A stretch of 64,000 bases of DNA. Origin: Candidatus Eiseniibacteriota bacterium (GTDB taxonomy: Bacteria; Eisenbacteria; RBG-16-71-46; CAIMUX01; VGJL01). Shown in pieces: positions 49,347-57,606 of the stretch. Every line of letters begins with the position of its first letter. Within the stretch, counting starts at the first letter, position 1. Location: assembly GCA_041946735.1 (NCBI GenBank), contig JBHGAY010000011.1, forward strand, positions 74,132-138,131, read 5' to 3'. The notes under the pieces are model-generated. The model was not told the DNA's origin and did no database searches. It saw only the letters and a list, made by a program, of their open reading frames with translations. Both the position numbers and the translations under genes were made by a program.

Positions 49347-49837
49347 GCCTCGGTCTCCAGGGCCGGCTGCGGAGCGCCCGGCGGATCGCGATCGTTCGCG
49401 CCTCCCGGATCGGCGACTTCCTGTGCGCAACGCCGGCCTTCCGGGCCATCCGGTACGCGGCCGTCGGATCCCCCTGCCTCGACCTCATCGGCAGGACGAC
49501 CCTCCCGCAGCTCGGAGCGATCCTCGAGAAGGTGTCGGTCCTCCTGACGAACGACTCCGGTCCGGCTCACATCGCCTACGCGTTAGGCACTCCGACCGTC
49601 ACCGTCTTCGGCGGGACCGACCCGCTCGTCTGGGCGCCGCCCGAGGGGTCGCACGAGATTCTCGCGCACGACGTCCCGTGCCGCCCCTGCTCGGCTCCGA
49701 CCTGCCCGATCGGCTATCGCTGCCTGAAGGAGATCACCGTGAACCAGGTCGTGGTCGCGGCGCGGGACGTCGCCGGCCGGACACTGCCGCCGGACCCGGG
49801 TCCCCCACAGTCGGGATCTTCTGGTGCGGGAACATGA
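49343..49837 (+). pseudogene. GT9 glycosyltransferase with large in-frame internal deletion
   Basis: The GT9 N-terminal motif RASRIGDFLCATPAFRAIR is joined within a few residues to the C-terminal LDLIGRTTL...NDSGPAHIA.ALGTP...C.PC....CP....CL. It is about 164 aa, versus about 350-390 aa for the intact GT9s here. Confidence 0.75.
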
Positions 49838-50076
49838 TCAACGGGGGGCCGCTCCATCGGGCACGGCACCGCCCCCTGGTTTCCTGGGAGCCGCACTGCG
49901 CCGAGTGCGGAAAGAGCTGCCTCGAGGAGGAGTGCGGCCACTCCCCCTCGTTCGTATCGAGCGTGCCGGTCGCTGCGGTCCTGGAGCAGGCCCGCGAGCT
50001 TCTCGATCAGTGCAGCAGCACGAACGGGACCGGCCTTGGCGAGCCGCTCGCGGGGCCGCGCACGTCGATGAAGTAG
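49801..50076 (+). pseudogene. C-terminal fragment of another GT9 glycosyltransferase
   Basis: Reads PTVGIFWCGNMINGGPL.RARHRPLVSW...C..CG......C.H..SFVSSVPV..VL..ARELL, a GT9-type tail with no N-terminus, in a different frame from 49343. Confidence 0.6.
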
Positions 50077-51488
50077 ATCCCCGGCGCCGCTTGCCGGCCG
50101 GCATCGTCCCGGCCATCCCAGGAAAGGACGATGCGACCGCCGCCGGCTTCGCCGCTGCCCCCAGCTTCGCCGCTCCCGCGGAGCGTCGCGATCCTCCGTC
50201 CCGACAGATCGAGGATCGAGACCGAGCCTCCGGCCCCCGCCGCGAGAGGAGCTGCGAAGCCGATCCGGACGGCGCCTCGCGAGGGGTTTGGCCAGACGGC
50301 GAGCGAAGGTCGCACCGATCCTGCCCCGTTCTCCGCCACGAGGCTCGCCGGTCCGAGCCCGTCGCTCACCCCCATGAACGCGAGGTAGTTCGAGACCCAC
50401 GTCTGGTCCATCTGATCGGTGTCTTCGGGCCGGGCCGGGATGCCACCGTCCAGGTCGCCGTCCTCCGCGATCAGGGCATCGGTCAGCATCGCGTGGAGCG
50501 AGAGCTCGTAGGGATCGCGAAGCGCGAGCCCCGCCGCGCGATGGCCGAGCGCGTACCAACCGTTCCACGCGTTCGTGAAGTCGCCGGGATCCGAGGAGAC
50601 GTCGAGGTATCCCTTGTAGGCGGGAACCCAGGTCGCGATCTCCGAGGGATACGCGCGGAAGTAGCTCTCGAGCAGGCCCCACATCGTCGCGCCGCCCGAC
50701 ATCGCCCAGGTCTGGTTGCCGAGGAGCGTCGGGTCCGCCTCGACCCACGGCTTGACACGGTTGGTCGCCTGCTCGACGGCACGATCGATCCACGCCTGCC
50801 TTCCCTCGTGCACGCCCGCCATGTACAGGTTGCCGATCGCCCAGGCGAGCACCGGAGGGTTCACGTGGTCGTAGAAATCGCTCCCGAACTGCGTGAGGGA
50901 GTGATAGCGGATGTACCCCGCGCAGGAATCTCCATAGCTCTTGTACGTGACGTCCCCGAAGACGTCTCGGTATTTCAGTTCCGCTCGGACGGCCCAGCCG
51001 CTGTTGTACATGCGATAGTAGCCGAGCGTCTCCGCCGACCCGCCCTCCTCGAGGTAGGCCGGATGGGCGAGGCTGTATACGAAGGCGTTGTGAATGTTCG
51101 GCAAATAGGTCGCATCCCCGGTCAACTCGTACCATCGGGTCCACACCCAGATGGCCTCCGACGTGTTGTCGGTCTGGATGATCGTCGGAAGGTGCTCCCC
51201 CTCCCGGATTCCTCCGAGGTCGGGACCCGGCGTCGTCACCTGCCAAACACTCAGGAATTGCGCGATGCGTCCGAGGACCTCCAGGTAGTCGTAATCCACA
51301 CGCTCTCCGTCCTCGGTGCGAGGGACGGCGGGAAGCGCCGGGGACACGACCGTGGGGCCCGATCGGGAGAGGAACTCCTCGATCTCGCGATCTCCCCAGT
51401 ACGGGGTGGCCTGAACGGCCGAGTGGATCGGCGCGAAGGTGAAGAGCACGAAGAGCAGGACGGCGAGGAGTGCCGGGTTCCGATGCAT
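50007..51488 (-). CDS. secreted protein, probable alpha/alpha-toroid (GH76-like) domain with C-terminal FlgD-Ig domain
   Basis: Signal peptide MHRNPALLAV...; helical repeats (YELTGDATY, YRDVFGDVTY); VWPNPSRG...LDLSGRRI...WDGRDDAGR...GIYF; GGGAGG SD. Confidence 0.7.
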   Translation of the reverse strand: MHRNPALLAVLLFVLFTFAPIHSAVQATPYWGDREIEEFLSRSGPTVVSPALPAVPRTEDGERVDYDYLEVLGRIAQFLSVWQVTTPGPDLGGIREGEHLPTIIQTDNTSEAIWVWTRWYELTGDATYLPNIHNAFVYSLAHPAYLEEGGSAETLGYYRMYNSGWAVRAELKYRDVFGDVTYKSYGDSCAGYIRYHSLTQFGSDFYDHVNPPVLAWAIGNLYMAGVHEGRQAWIDRAVEQATNRVKPWVEADPTLLGNQTWAMSGGATMWGLLESYFRAYPSEIATWVPAYKGYLDVSSDPGDFTNAWNGWYALGHRAAGLALRDPYELSLHAMLTDALIAEDGDLDGGIPARPEDTDQMDQTWVSNYLAFMGVSDGLGPASLVAENGAGSVRPSLAVWPNPSRGAVRIGFAAPLAAGAGGSVSILDLSGRRIATLRGSGEAGGSGEAGGGRIVLSWDGRDDAGRQAAPGIYFIDVRGPASGSPRPVPFVLLH

Positions 51489-51874
51489 CGCTGTTCCTCC
51501 CAGGCGTCGGGGCCGATCGCCTCGGTGGCGGGCGGGGGATCTCCGTGGGAAGGGGCGCGAACGAAACGAGACGCGTCGTCCGGACGCAGCCGCGGCCGCC
51601 GCCGACGTCTGACGCGGCGCTCCAGCCCCTTCACGTTCGTGCGCAAGAGGATACTCTCCCCGCCGGCTCCCTTCAATCGCGCCGCCGCCCGGCGCCGGGT
51701 TCGGGCCGCCACGTACGTCCGGCGGTCCATCCCTCGGGGGCCGGAAGCGGCGACCAGCTCGTTCGTCGCCCGAGCGCCCCCTTGGTTCAGGGGAGGACTT
51801 TTCCGGGATCTCCTTCAACGGATTCCATGGGCCCCGCGTCTAAGCCCTCGAACGGATCACGAAAGGAGATCGCG

Positions 51875-52624
51875 ATGAAGCACTTCCCGAGACCCGCCGC
51901 CGCAGCCGCCGCCCTCTTCCTCGCGCTGGCAGGCTGCCTCCTCGCCGCCCTCGGCCCGAACACGGCCCTGTCCGCCGATACCCCCTCCAAGCTCGAGCGG
52001 CAGATCGAGATCTTCCAGCGGGCGATCGACGAGATGCTGGTCGACAGCCCGAACTTCCTCGTCCGCGGCCACGAAGTGACCCAGGGATTCGAAGACGAGG
52101 ACGCCGGGGTCTTCTTCACGTTCGACGCTTCGCTCACCGGCATGGGGTTCGAATCGGGCGGGCTCTTTCGCTTCCTGCCCTGGGACGGCGCGCATCGCGT
52201 CATCGTGATCCAGGGAGACGAGGGGAAGGAGAAGGGCGACTACATCGTCGGCGGCCATGGCATCCGCATCCGCGACGGCAAGGTCTACCTGAAGGGGGCG
52301 GGCTCGAAGGAGTGGAAGATCGCTGACGAAGGGGAATGGGACTCGATGGACGAAGGCACCTACCGACAGAAGCAGCTCGAGAAGTTCGAGGCCGGCAAGC
52401 AGGAGCTGGTCGACGTGCTGATCGATTACGGCGACTTGCTCCGCGCTCTCCCTTCGGGCCGCTCGGTGAAGATCATCGCTTTCCTGAAGGACATCGACCT
52501 TCCCGAGGGCCGGGACGTGAGCAAGCTCTCGCTTCGCGCCAACATCGACGACCTGCGCGCCTACGCAGAAGGCCGCTTGACCGAGGCGGACGTGCGGCGC
52601 CGGGTCGACGTGCGCGAGCAGTAG
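51875..52624 (+). CDS. secreted hypothetical protein
   Basis: AAAGGAG SD, signal peptide, protein-like composition. Confidence 0.72.
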   Translation: MKHFPRPAAAAAALFLALAGCLLAALGPNTALSADTPSKLERQIEIFQRAIDEMLVDSPNFLVRGHEVTQGFEDEDAGVFFTFDASLTGMGFESGGLFRFLPWDGAHRVIVIQGDEGKEKGDYIVGGHGIRIRDGKVYLKGAGSKEWKIADEGEWDSMDEGTYRQKQLEKFEAGKQELVDVLIDYGDLLRALPSGRSVKIIAFLKDIDLPEGRDVSKLSLRANIDDLRAYAEGRLTEADVRRRVDVREQ

Positions 52625-53255
52625 CCAGAGGGCGTTCGAGCGGCGGGTCCGGCAAGCGAGAGACGCGAGAGCGGATAGAGCGAGACGAGCCAGCCGAGCG
52701 AGACGAGCGAGACGCTCCGGAGTTGACGTCCGGGGCGTCTCGTTTGTTCTGCTTCTCGTTCGTTCGGCACTGCGCGCGTTGCGCTCTCTCTCGATCGAGA
52801 GCGAATCGGGGCTCGGTGGGAATAGGGGAAGAGGCGCCGCCCCCGTCTCCGGGAGCCGCGCCTCGACAGCGCCGGCCGGTTCGCCACCGGACCGGATCCG
52901 ATCCGTGCGCCCGTAACCTATCGGACCGGCCAGCAGCTACCAAGCCGGCTCTGCCTCCCCCATGCAGCGTTGTTTCGTGCGTCGAGAGAACGGGGGACCT
53001 TCCATCCACGCAAGAAGTCGAGCCAACTCTCCGCCTGATACCTGATGCCGCGCGGCTTCGGATCCGGCGAGGCTCGCCTTCGCGCCGCCGCCGCTTCGTT
53101 GCCCGGCTTCGACCGTCGGGCGAGGCCCCGGTCGAGGCCATTCGCGGCGCCTTCGCAACGCCTTGCCGGACGCGCGAACGGATCGATACGCTCCTCCCGG
53201 CCGCCGGCGGCGTTCCGGGCGTGAGACGGGCGAAGATCGAAGGGAGGGCAGGGCG

Positions 53256-53672
53256 ATGGTGGAGGAGTTCCGGATCCGTTTCGAGGGGAAGGCTCGCGTG
53301 GTTGCGCGGTACGGCGATCTCGAGATCGCCACCGACCAGCGTCCCGAAGGCGGCGGCGAGGGGACCGCGCCGGAGCCGTTCACGCTCTTTCTCGCATCCC
53401 TCGGCACCTGTGCCGGGATCTACGTTCGGAAGTTCTGCGAAACGAGAGGGATCTCGACCTCCGGAATCCAGCTGACGCAGACCCTGCTGCCCGATGCGGC
53501 CGATGCGCGCCGCATCGGAACCGTTCGCATCGCCATCCGTCTTCCGGACGACTTCCCTTCGCAGTACCGGGACGCCGTGATCCGGGCGGCGGAGGGATGC
53601 GCGGTGAAGAAGTACATTCAGAACCCGTTTCGGATCGAAACGGTCGTCACTCCGGCAACCGGGGAGCGCTGA
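53256..53672 (+). CDS. OsmC family protein
   Basis: TDQ...GG.G.AP.PF.LFLASLGTCAG and C-terminal CAVKK; GGAGG SD. Confidence 0.9.
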   Translation: MVEEFRIRFEGKARVVARYGDLEIATDQRPEGGGEGTAPEPFTLFLASLGTCAGIYVRKFCETRGISTSGIQLTQTLLPDAADARRIGTVRIAIRLPDDFPSQYRDAVIRAAEGCAVKKYIQNPFRIETVVTPATGER

Positions 53673-53673
53673 A

Positions 53674-54522
53674 ATGAGATCCGATGCGGGCACGGCGGAG
53701 CGCGGCCGGCGGCCTGCCGGGACGCTCGTGCTGCAGGTCGACGCATTCACGCACGAGCCGTTCGCCGGCAATCCCGCCGCGGTGGTCATGCTGCGTGAGC
53801 CGCGCGACGCGCCATGGATGCAGTCGGTCGCCTCCGAGATGAACCTGTCGGAAACCGCCTTCCTCCTGCGCCGCCAAGAGGACGGCGGGGCCTCCTTCGA
53901 TCTGCGCTGGTTCACGCCGGCCGTCGAGGTCGATCTCTGCGGGCACGCGACGCTCGCGAGCGCCCATGTCCTGTTCGAGGAGGGGTTCGCGCCTCGCGGC
54001 GAAGCGATACGGTTTCACACGCGCAGCGGCGTTCTCGCCGCCCGGCGGACGGACCGCGGGGAGATCGAGATGGACTTTCCGGCTCGCCGCGAGCGACCGG
54101 CGAAGCTTCCGGGCGACGCGGAGCGCGCGCTCGGCGTCCGTCCTTCCTACGTCGGCCGCAACGTGGACGACTTCCTGATCCTCCTCGACTCCGCGGAGGC
54201 GGTGCGCCGCGTCGATCCCGACTTCCGGGCGCTGCGCTCGCTCGGCGTTCGGGGCGTCATGGTCACCGCGGCCTCCGACGACCCTCGCTTCGACTTCGTC
54301 TCGCGCTTCTTCGCCCCCGGCTCCGGGATCGACGAGGACCCGGTCACCGGTTCGGCCCATTGCTGCCTCGGACCATTTTGGATGGGGAGAACGGGCAAGG
54401 CGGAGATGGTCGGGTATCAGGCGTCCGCGCGCGGCGGCATCGTGCGGGTGCGGGTCGCGGGAGAGCGCGTCTGGCTGCAGGGGGAGGCGGTCACCGTGCT
54501 CCGGGGGGAGCTGCGCGCCTGA
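53674..54522 (+). CDS. PhzF family isomerase
   Basis: QVDAF...F.GNPAAV, NLSETAF, LRWFTP..EVDLCGHATL, SRFFAP..GIDEDPVTGSAH. Confidence 0.95.
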   Translation: MRSDAGTAERGRRPAGTLVLQVDAFTHEPFAGNPAAVVMLREPRDAPWMQSVASEMNLSETAFLLRRQEDGGASFDLRWFTPAVEVDLCGHATLASAHVLFEEGFAPRGEAIRFHTRSGVLAARRTDRGEIEMDFPARRERPAKLPGDAERALGVRPSYVGRNVDDFLILLDSAEAVRRVDPDFRALRSLGVRGVMVTAASDDPRFDFVSRFFAPGSGIDEDPVTGSAHCCLGPFWMGRTGKAEMVGYQASARGGIVRVRVAGERVWLQGEAVTVLRGELRA

Positions 54523-54630
54523 TCTTCCGGCGGCGGCGTCCGGCAGCCGTCCTGCCGGTCGACGCCCCGCGGCTCGCTCTGCTATCCTCGTTTCCACCGG
54601 ATTTCCGCCGCGGAGTCGCTGCGGCGGAGG

Positions 54631-54710
54631 CCTCGCGATGCGCCGCGATGCCTCGCGATACGCGGCGAACCGCCGCGATACGCCGCGATGCGCCGCGATG
54701 CGCCGCGAGC
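54631..54710 (+). repeat. 10-bp tandem repeat x8 (consensus CGCCGCGATG)
   Basis: cctcgcgatg cgccgcgatg cctcgcgata cgcggcgaac cgccgcgata cgccgcgatg cgccgcgatg cgccgcgagc. Confidence 0.85.
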
Positions 54711-54727
54711 GCCGGGGATCCACGACC

Positions 54728-56635
54728 ATGCCATTGACCATGCCGTTTCGCATCCAGGCGGTCCGCGCTTCGATCCTTCCCGTCCTTCTCGGGATGTTGC
54801 TCGTCCTCGTGCCCTCGGCGCGACCCGCCGGTGCCCGTGGCGCTGCGGCCGGTCCGGTTCACGCCACCGCGCCGGCGGACCTCCGCCGGCCCGACGATCC
54901 CCTGGCGCTGCTCTGGAGCGGCTATCTCGGCGGTTCCCTGGAGGAGTACGGCGAGGGGATCGTGCGCCGGGAGGACGGCACGATCCTCGTCGCCGGCAGC
55001 GTCCGGTCCCCTGATCTCCCGACGACGCCCGGCGCCTACGCGGAGTCCCTCTCCGGCGGATGGGACGTCTTCGTCGCCGCTCTCTCCGCCGGTGGCGACT
55101 CGCTGCTCTGGTGCACTTACCTGGGCGGCGCCGGCGTCGAGCTGCTGCAGACCCTCGCGTGCGATCCCGAAGGCCGGCCCGTCCTCACCGGCAAGACCGA
55201 GTCGGACGACTTTCCGACGACTCCGGGCGCATATGACCGTACCTACGGCGGCGGATCGGACGCTTTCGTCGCGAAACTCACCGCCGCCGGAGACGCGCTC
55301 GTCTTCAGCACGTACCTCGGCGGCGATGGCTACGAGATCGCCTTCGGGCTCCTCGACGATCCGATCGTGGGCCTCGTCGTTGCCGGTTACACGCAGTCGC
55401 CTCTCTTTCCGACGACGCCCGGCGCCTACGACCCGTCCTACAACGGCGGCTTCGACATCTTCGTGACGAAGCTCTCCGGCGACGGCGGCGCGATCCTCTG
55501 GAGCACGCTCCTTGGCGGATGGAGCGACGATCGCGTCTACGACCTCGACCGCGACGGGATGGGGAACCTGCTCTTGACCTCCTGGACCCAGTCGCCCGAT
55601 TTCCCCACCACTCGCGGAGCGTTCGACGAAACGTACAACGGAGCGGGGGACGCGTACGCAGCGAAGCTCTCCTCCGGCGGGAACGATCTCCTGTGGAGCA
55701 CCTTCCTCGGCGGTGCGGAGCTCGAGCGCGCCTACGGAATCGTCGCGATGCAGGATGGTGGAGCGGTGGTCGCCGGTCTCGCTCGCTCGCCGGACTTCCC
55801 GCTCGGCGGCGGAGGGTACGACACGCAGCTCGACGGCCCCGGTGACGGCTTCGTGCTGCGCCTCGACGCCACGGCCGCCTCGGTCCTCTGGGGCACGTTC
55901 CTCGGCGGAGCGGGGGACGACGCCTGCGCCGACCTCGCGATCGACGTCGAAGGCAGGCCGGTCGTGACCGGGACGACCGACTCCGCGGATTTCCCGACCA
56001 CCGCGGGCGCTTTCGATCGTGAGCTGGGCGGCACCGGCGACGGCTTCGCCACGGTGGTCGACGCGACCGGCGGCGGTTTGGCGTGGAGCAGCTTCGTGGG
56101 AGGTGGTGGCCAGGAGAGGGCGAAGGCGCTGGCCCTGACCGGGCCGGCAGAGATCTCGATCGCCGGTGATACCGAGTCCTCCGACTTCCCGGCCGGATCC
56201 GCCTGCTTCGATTCGTCGTATGCGGGGATGGTGGATGCCTTCGTCTGCGGCCTCCGCATCCGCCAGCCTGCCGCCGCCGGGGACGGCACGGAGGACGGCG
56301 CGCAGGCGCTCCCGGCCGGCGTCGCGATCCGCCTCGTCAACCCGCTCCATCCTCCCGCGAAGATCGTGGTCGACGGCGGCCCCGTGGCCGCCGGCGTTGT
56401 CGCAGCGGCCCCCGGCGCACCCGTCGCGCAACTCACGATTCACGATCCCTCGGGAAGGAGAGTCCGCCTGCTGTTCCCGGCGCCTGCGCTCGGAGCGGAT
56501 GGCGCGAGCGCGGCGCTTTGGGACGGATGCGACGAAGCCGGCCGGCGAGCGCCGCCGGGGGTCTACTTCGTGCGGGCGATCGATGCGCGGGGCTGCGCGG
56601 TGGCGCGGAGGACGATCGTCCTGTTGGACCGCTGA
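54728..56635 (+). CDS. secreted SBBP-repeat beta-propeller protein with C-terminal FlgD-Ig-like domain
   Basis: About seven ~60-aa repeats (S.DFPTT.GA.D....G..D.FV.KL...G..L.WST.LGG); WDGCDEAGRRAPPGVYFVR. Start is 54728 or 54740. Confidence 0.8.
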   Translation: MPLTMPFRIQAVRASILPVLLGMLLVLVPSARPAGARGAAAGPVHATAPADLRRPDDPLALLWSGYLGGSLEEYGEGIVRREDGTILVAGSVRSPDLPTTPGAYAESLSGGWDVFVAALSAGGDSLLWCTYLGGAGVELLQTLACDPEGRPVLTGKTESDDFPTTPGAYDRTYGGGSDAFVAKLTAAGDALVFSTYLGGDGYEIAFGLLDDPIVGLVVAGYTQSPLFPTTPGAYDPSYNGGFDIFVTKLSGDGGAILWSTLLGGWSDDRVYDLDRDGMGNLLLTSWTQSPDFPTTRGAFDETYNGAGDAYAAKLSSGGNDLLWSTFLGGAELERAYGIVAMQDGGAVVAGLARSPDFPLGGGGYDTQLDGPGDGFVLRLDATAASVLWGTFLGGAGDDACADLAIDVEGRPVVTGTTDSADFPTTAGAFDRELGGTGDGFATVVDATGGGLAWSSFVGGGGQERAKALALTGPAEISIAGDTESSDFPAGSACFDSSYAGMVDAFVCGLRIRQPAAAGDGTEDGAQALPAGVAIRLVNPLHPPAKIVVDGGPVAAGVVAAAPGAPVAQLTIHDPSGRRVRLLFPAPALGADGASAALWDGCDEAGRRAPPGVYFVRAIDARGCAVARRTIVLLDR

Positions 56636-56690
56636 CGGACGGCGCCGGGCGCGCCCGGCGCCCGGCATGACCGCGGCGCGCGACTTCGGA

Positions 56691-57587
56691 TCAGCCGGGG
56701 AGCTTCTGGAGAAGGGCGGCCGCCTCGCGATTCTGCGGCCACGCCTCGACCGATCTGCGCAGGTGCTCGGCCGCGGCCGCGCGGTCCCCCTGGTCCATCG
56801 CGACCGCGCCGATCTGCTCGTGGATCTCCGAGATCTCCTGTCCCATCCCGACCATGGCTGCGATCGTCTCGAGGTCGTAGCGTTCCATGTCGTGCGGATG
56901 GACCCCCTCGGCCAGCGCCCCTTCGATCGCCCGGACGGCCTCGGGGAAGGCGGCGTGCCCGGGAAGGTCCCGCCGGAGCATCTGCACGTAGCCGGTCGCA
57001 GGGTCGAGCCGCGCGGCCAGCGCCTTCTCGAACGCTTCGCGAGCCGCTTCGAGACGACCGCGCTTGCGTTCGACCATGCCGATCTTCGTCCAGACCCTGT
57101 CGCTCCGGATCGATCCATCGAGCGAGCGCCGGTAGTGGGTGAGCGCCTCCTCGATCTGTCCCTGACGTTCCAGCAGGTCGCCCAGATTGAAGGCGAGGAG
57201 CCCCGGCTGCTTCGTCTCGGTCTCCAGCGCCTCTCTCAGGATCTGCTCCCCGCGCCCGGCCCGCCCGCTTCGCCCATAGGCGATCGCGAGGTTCACGCGC
57301 GCGGCGGTGTAGTCCGGGCGGATCGCGAGCGCCCGCTCGTACTTCTCGATCGCCGCCGGAATCTGACCCTGGAGGAGGTAGGCGTCGCCGACCTCCTTGA
57401 CGCCGCGCGACTCCACCTCGACGCCGGGGCGCGAGATCGAGCGCAGGGAGCGAGGGCCGACCGCCAGGACGACCCCGAGGACGACGAGGAGCGACCACAC
57501 GGCGAGCAGGGACAACGTCAGGACACGTTCCGTCCGCGAGACCTTGCGGGCGGCGGTTTTCGTCGGGGTCCGATGCCGGGTCTTCAT
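56691..57587 (-). CDS. membrane-anchored tetratricopeptide repeat protein
   Basis: N-terminal TM helix; TPR units (G..Y...G....A...YERAL...PD...A..NL). Confidence 0.8.
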   Translation of the reverse strand: MKTRHRTPTKTAARKVSRTERVLTLSLLAVWSLLVVLGVVLAVGPRSLRSISRPGVEVESRGVKEVGDAYLLQGQIPAAIEKYERALAIRPDYTAARVNLAIAYGRSGRAGRGEQILREALETETKQPGLLAFNLGDLLERQGQIEEALTHYRRSLDGSIRSDRVWTKIGMVERKRGRLEAAREAFEKALAARLDPATGYVQMLRRDLPGHAAFPEAVRAIEGALAEGVHPHDMERYDLETIAAMVGMGQEISEIHEQIGAVAMDQGDRAAAAEHLRRSVEAWPQNREAAALLQKLPG

Positions 57588-57606
57588 CGTGGATCTCCCA
57601 TCCCGG

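Noticed and set aside
53674..54522. PhzF as evidence of phenazine biosynthesis
   Set aside because: It is a stand-alone PhzF-like isomerase with no other phz genes.
54631..54710. Tandem repeat as CRISPR or iteron array
   Set aside because: The units are 10 bp with no spacers, and no cas or rep gene is nearby.
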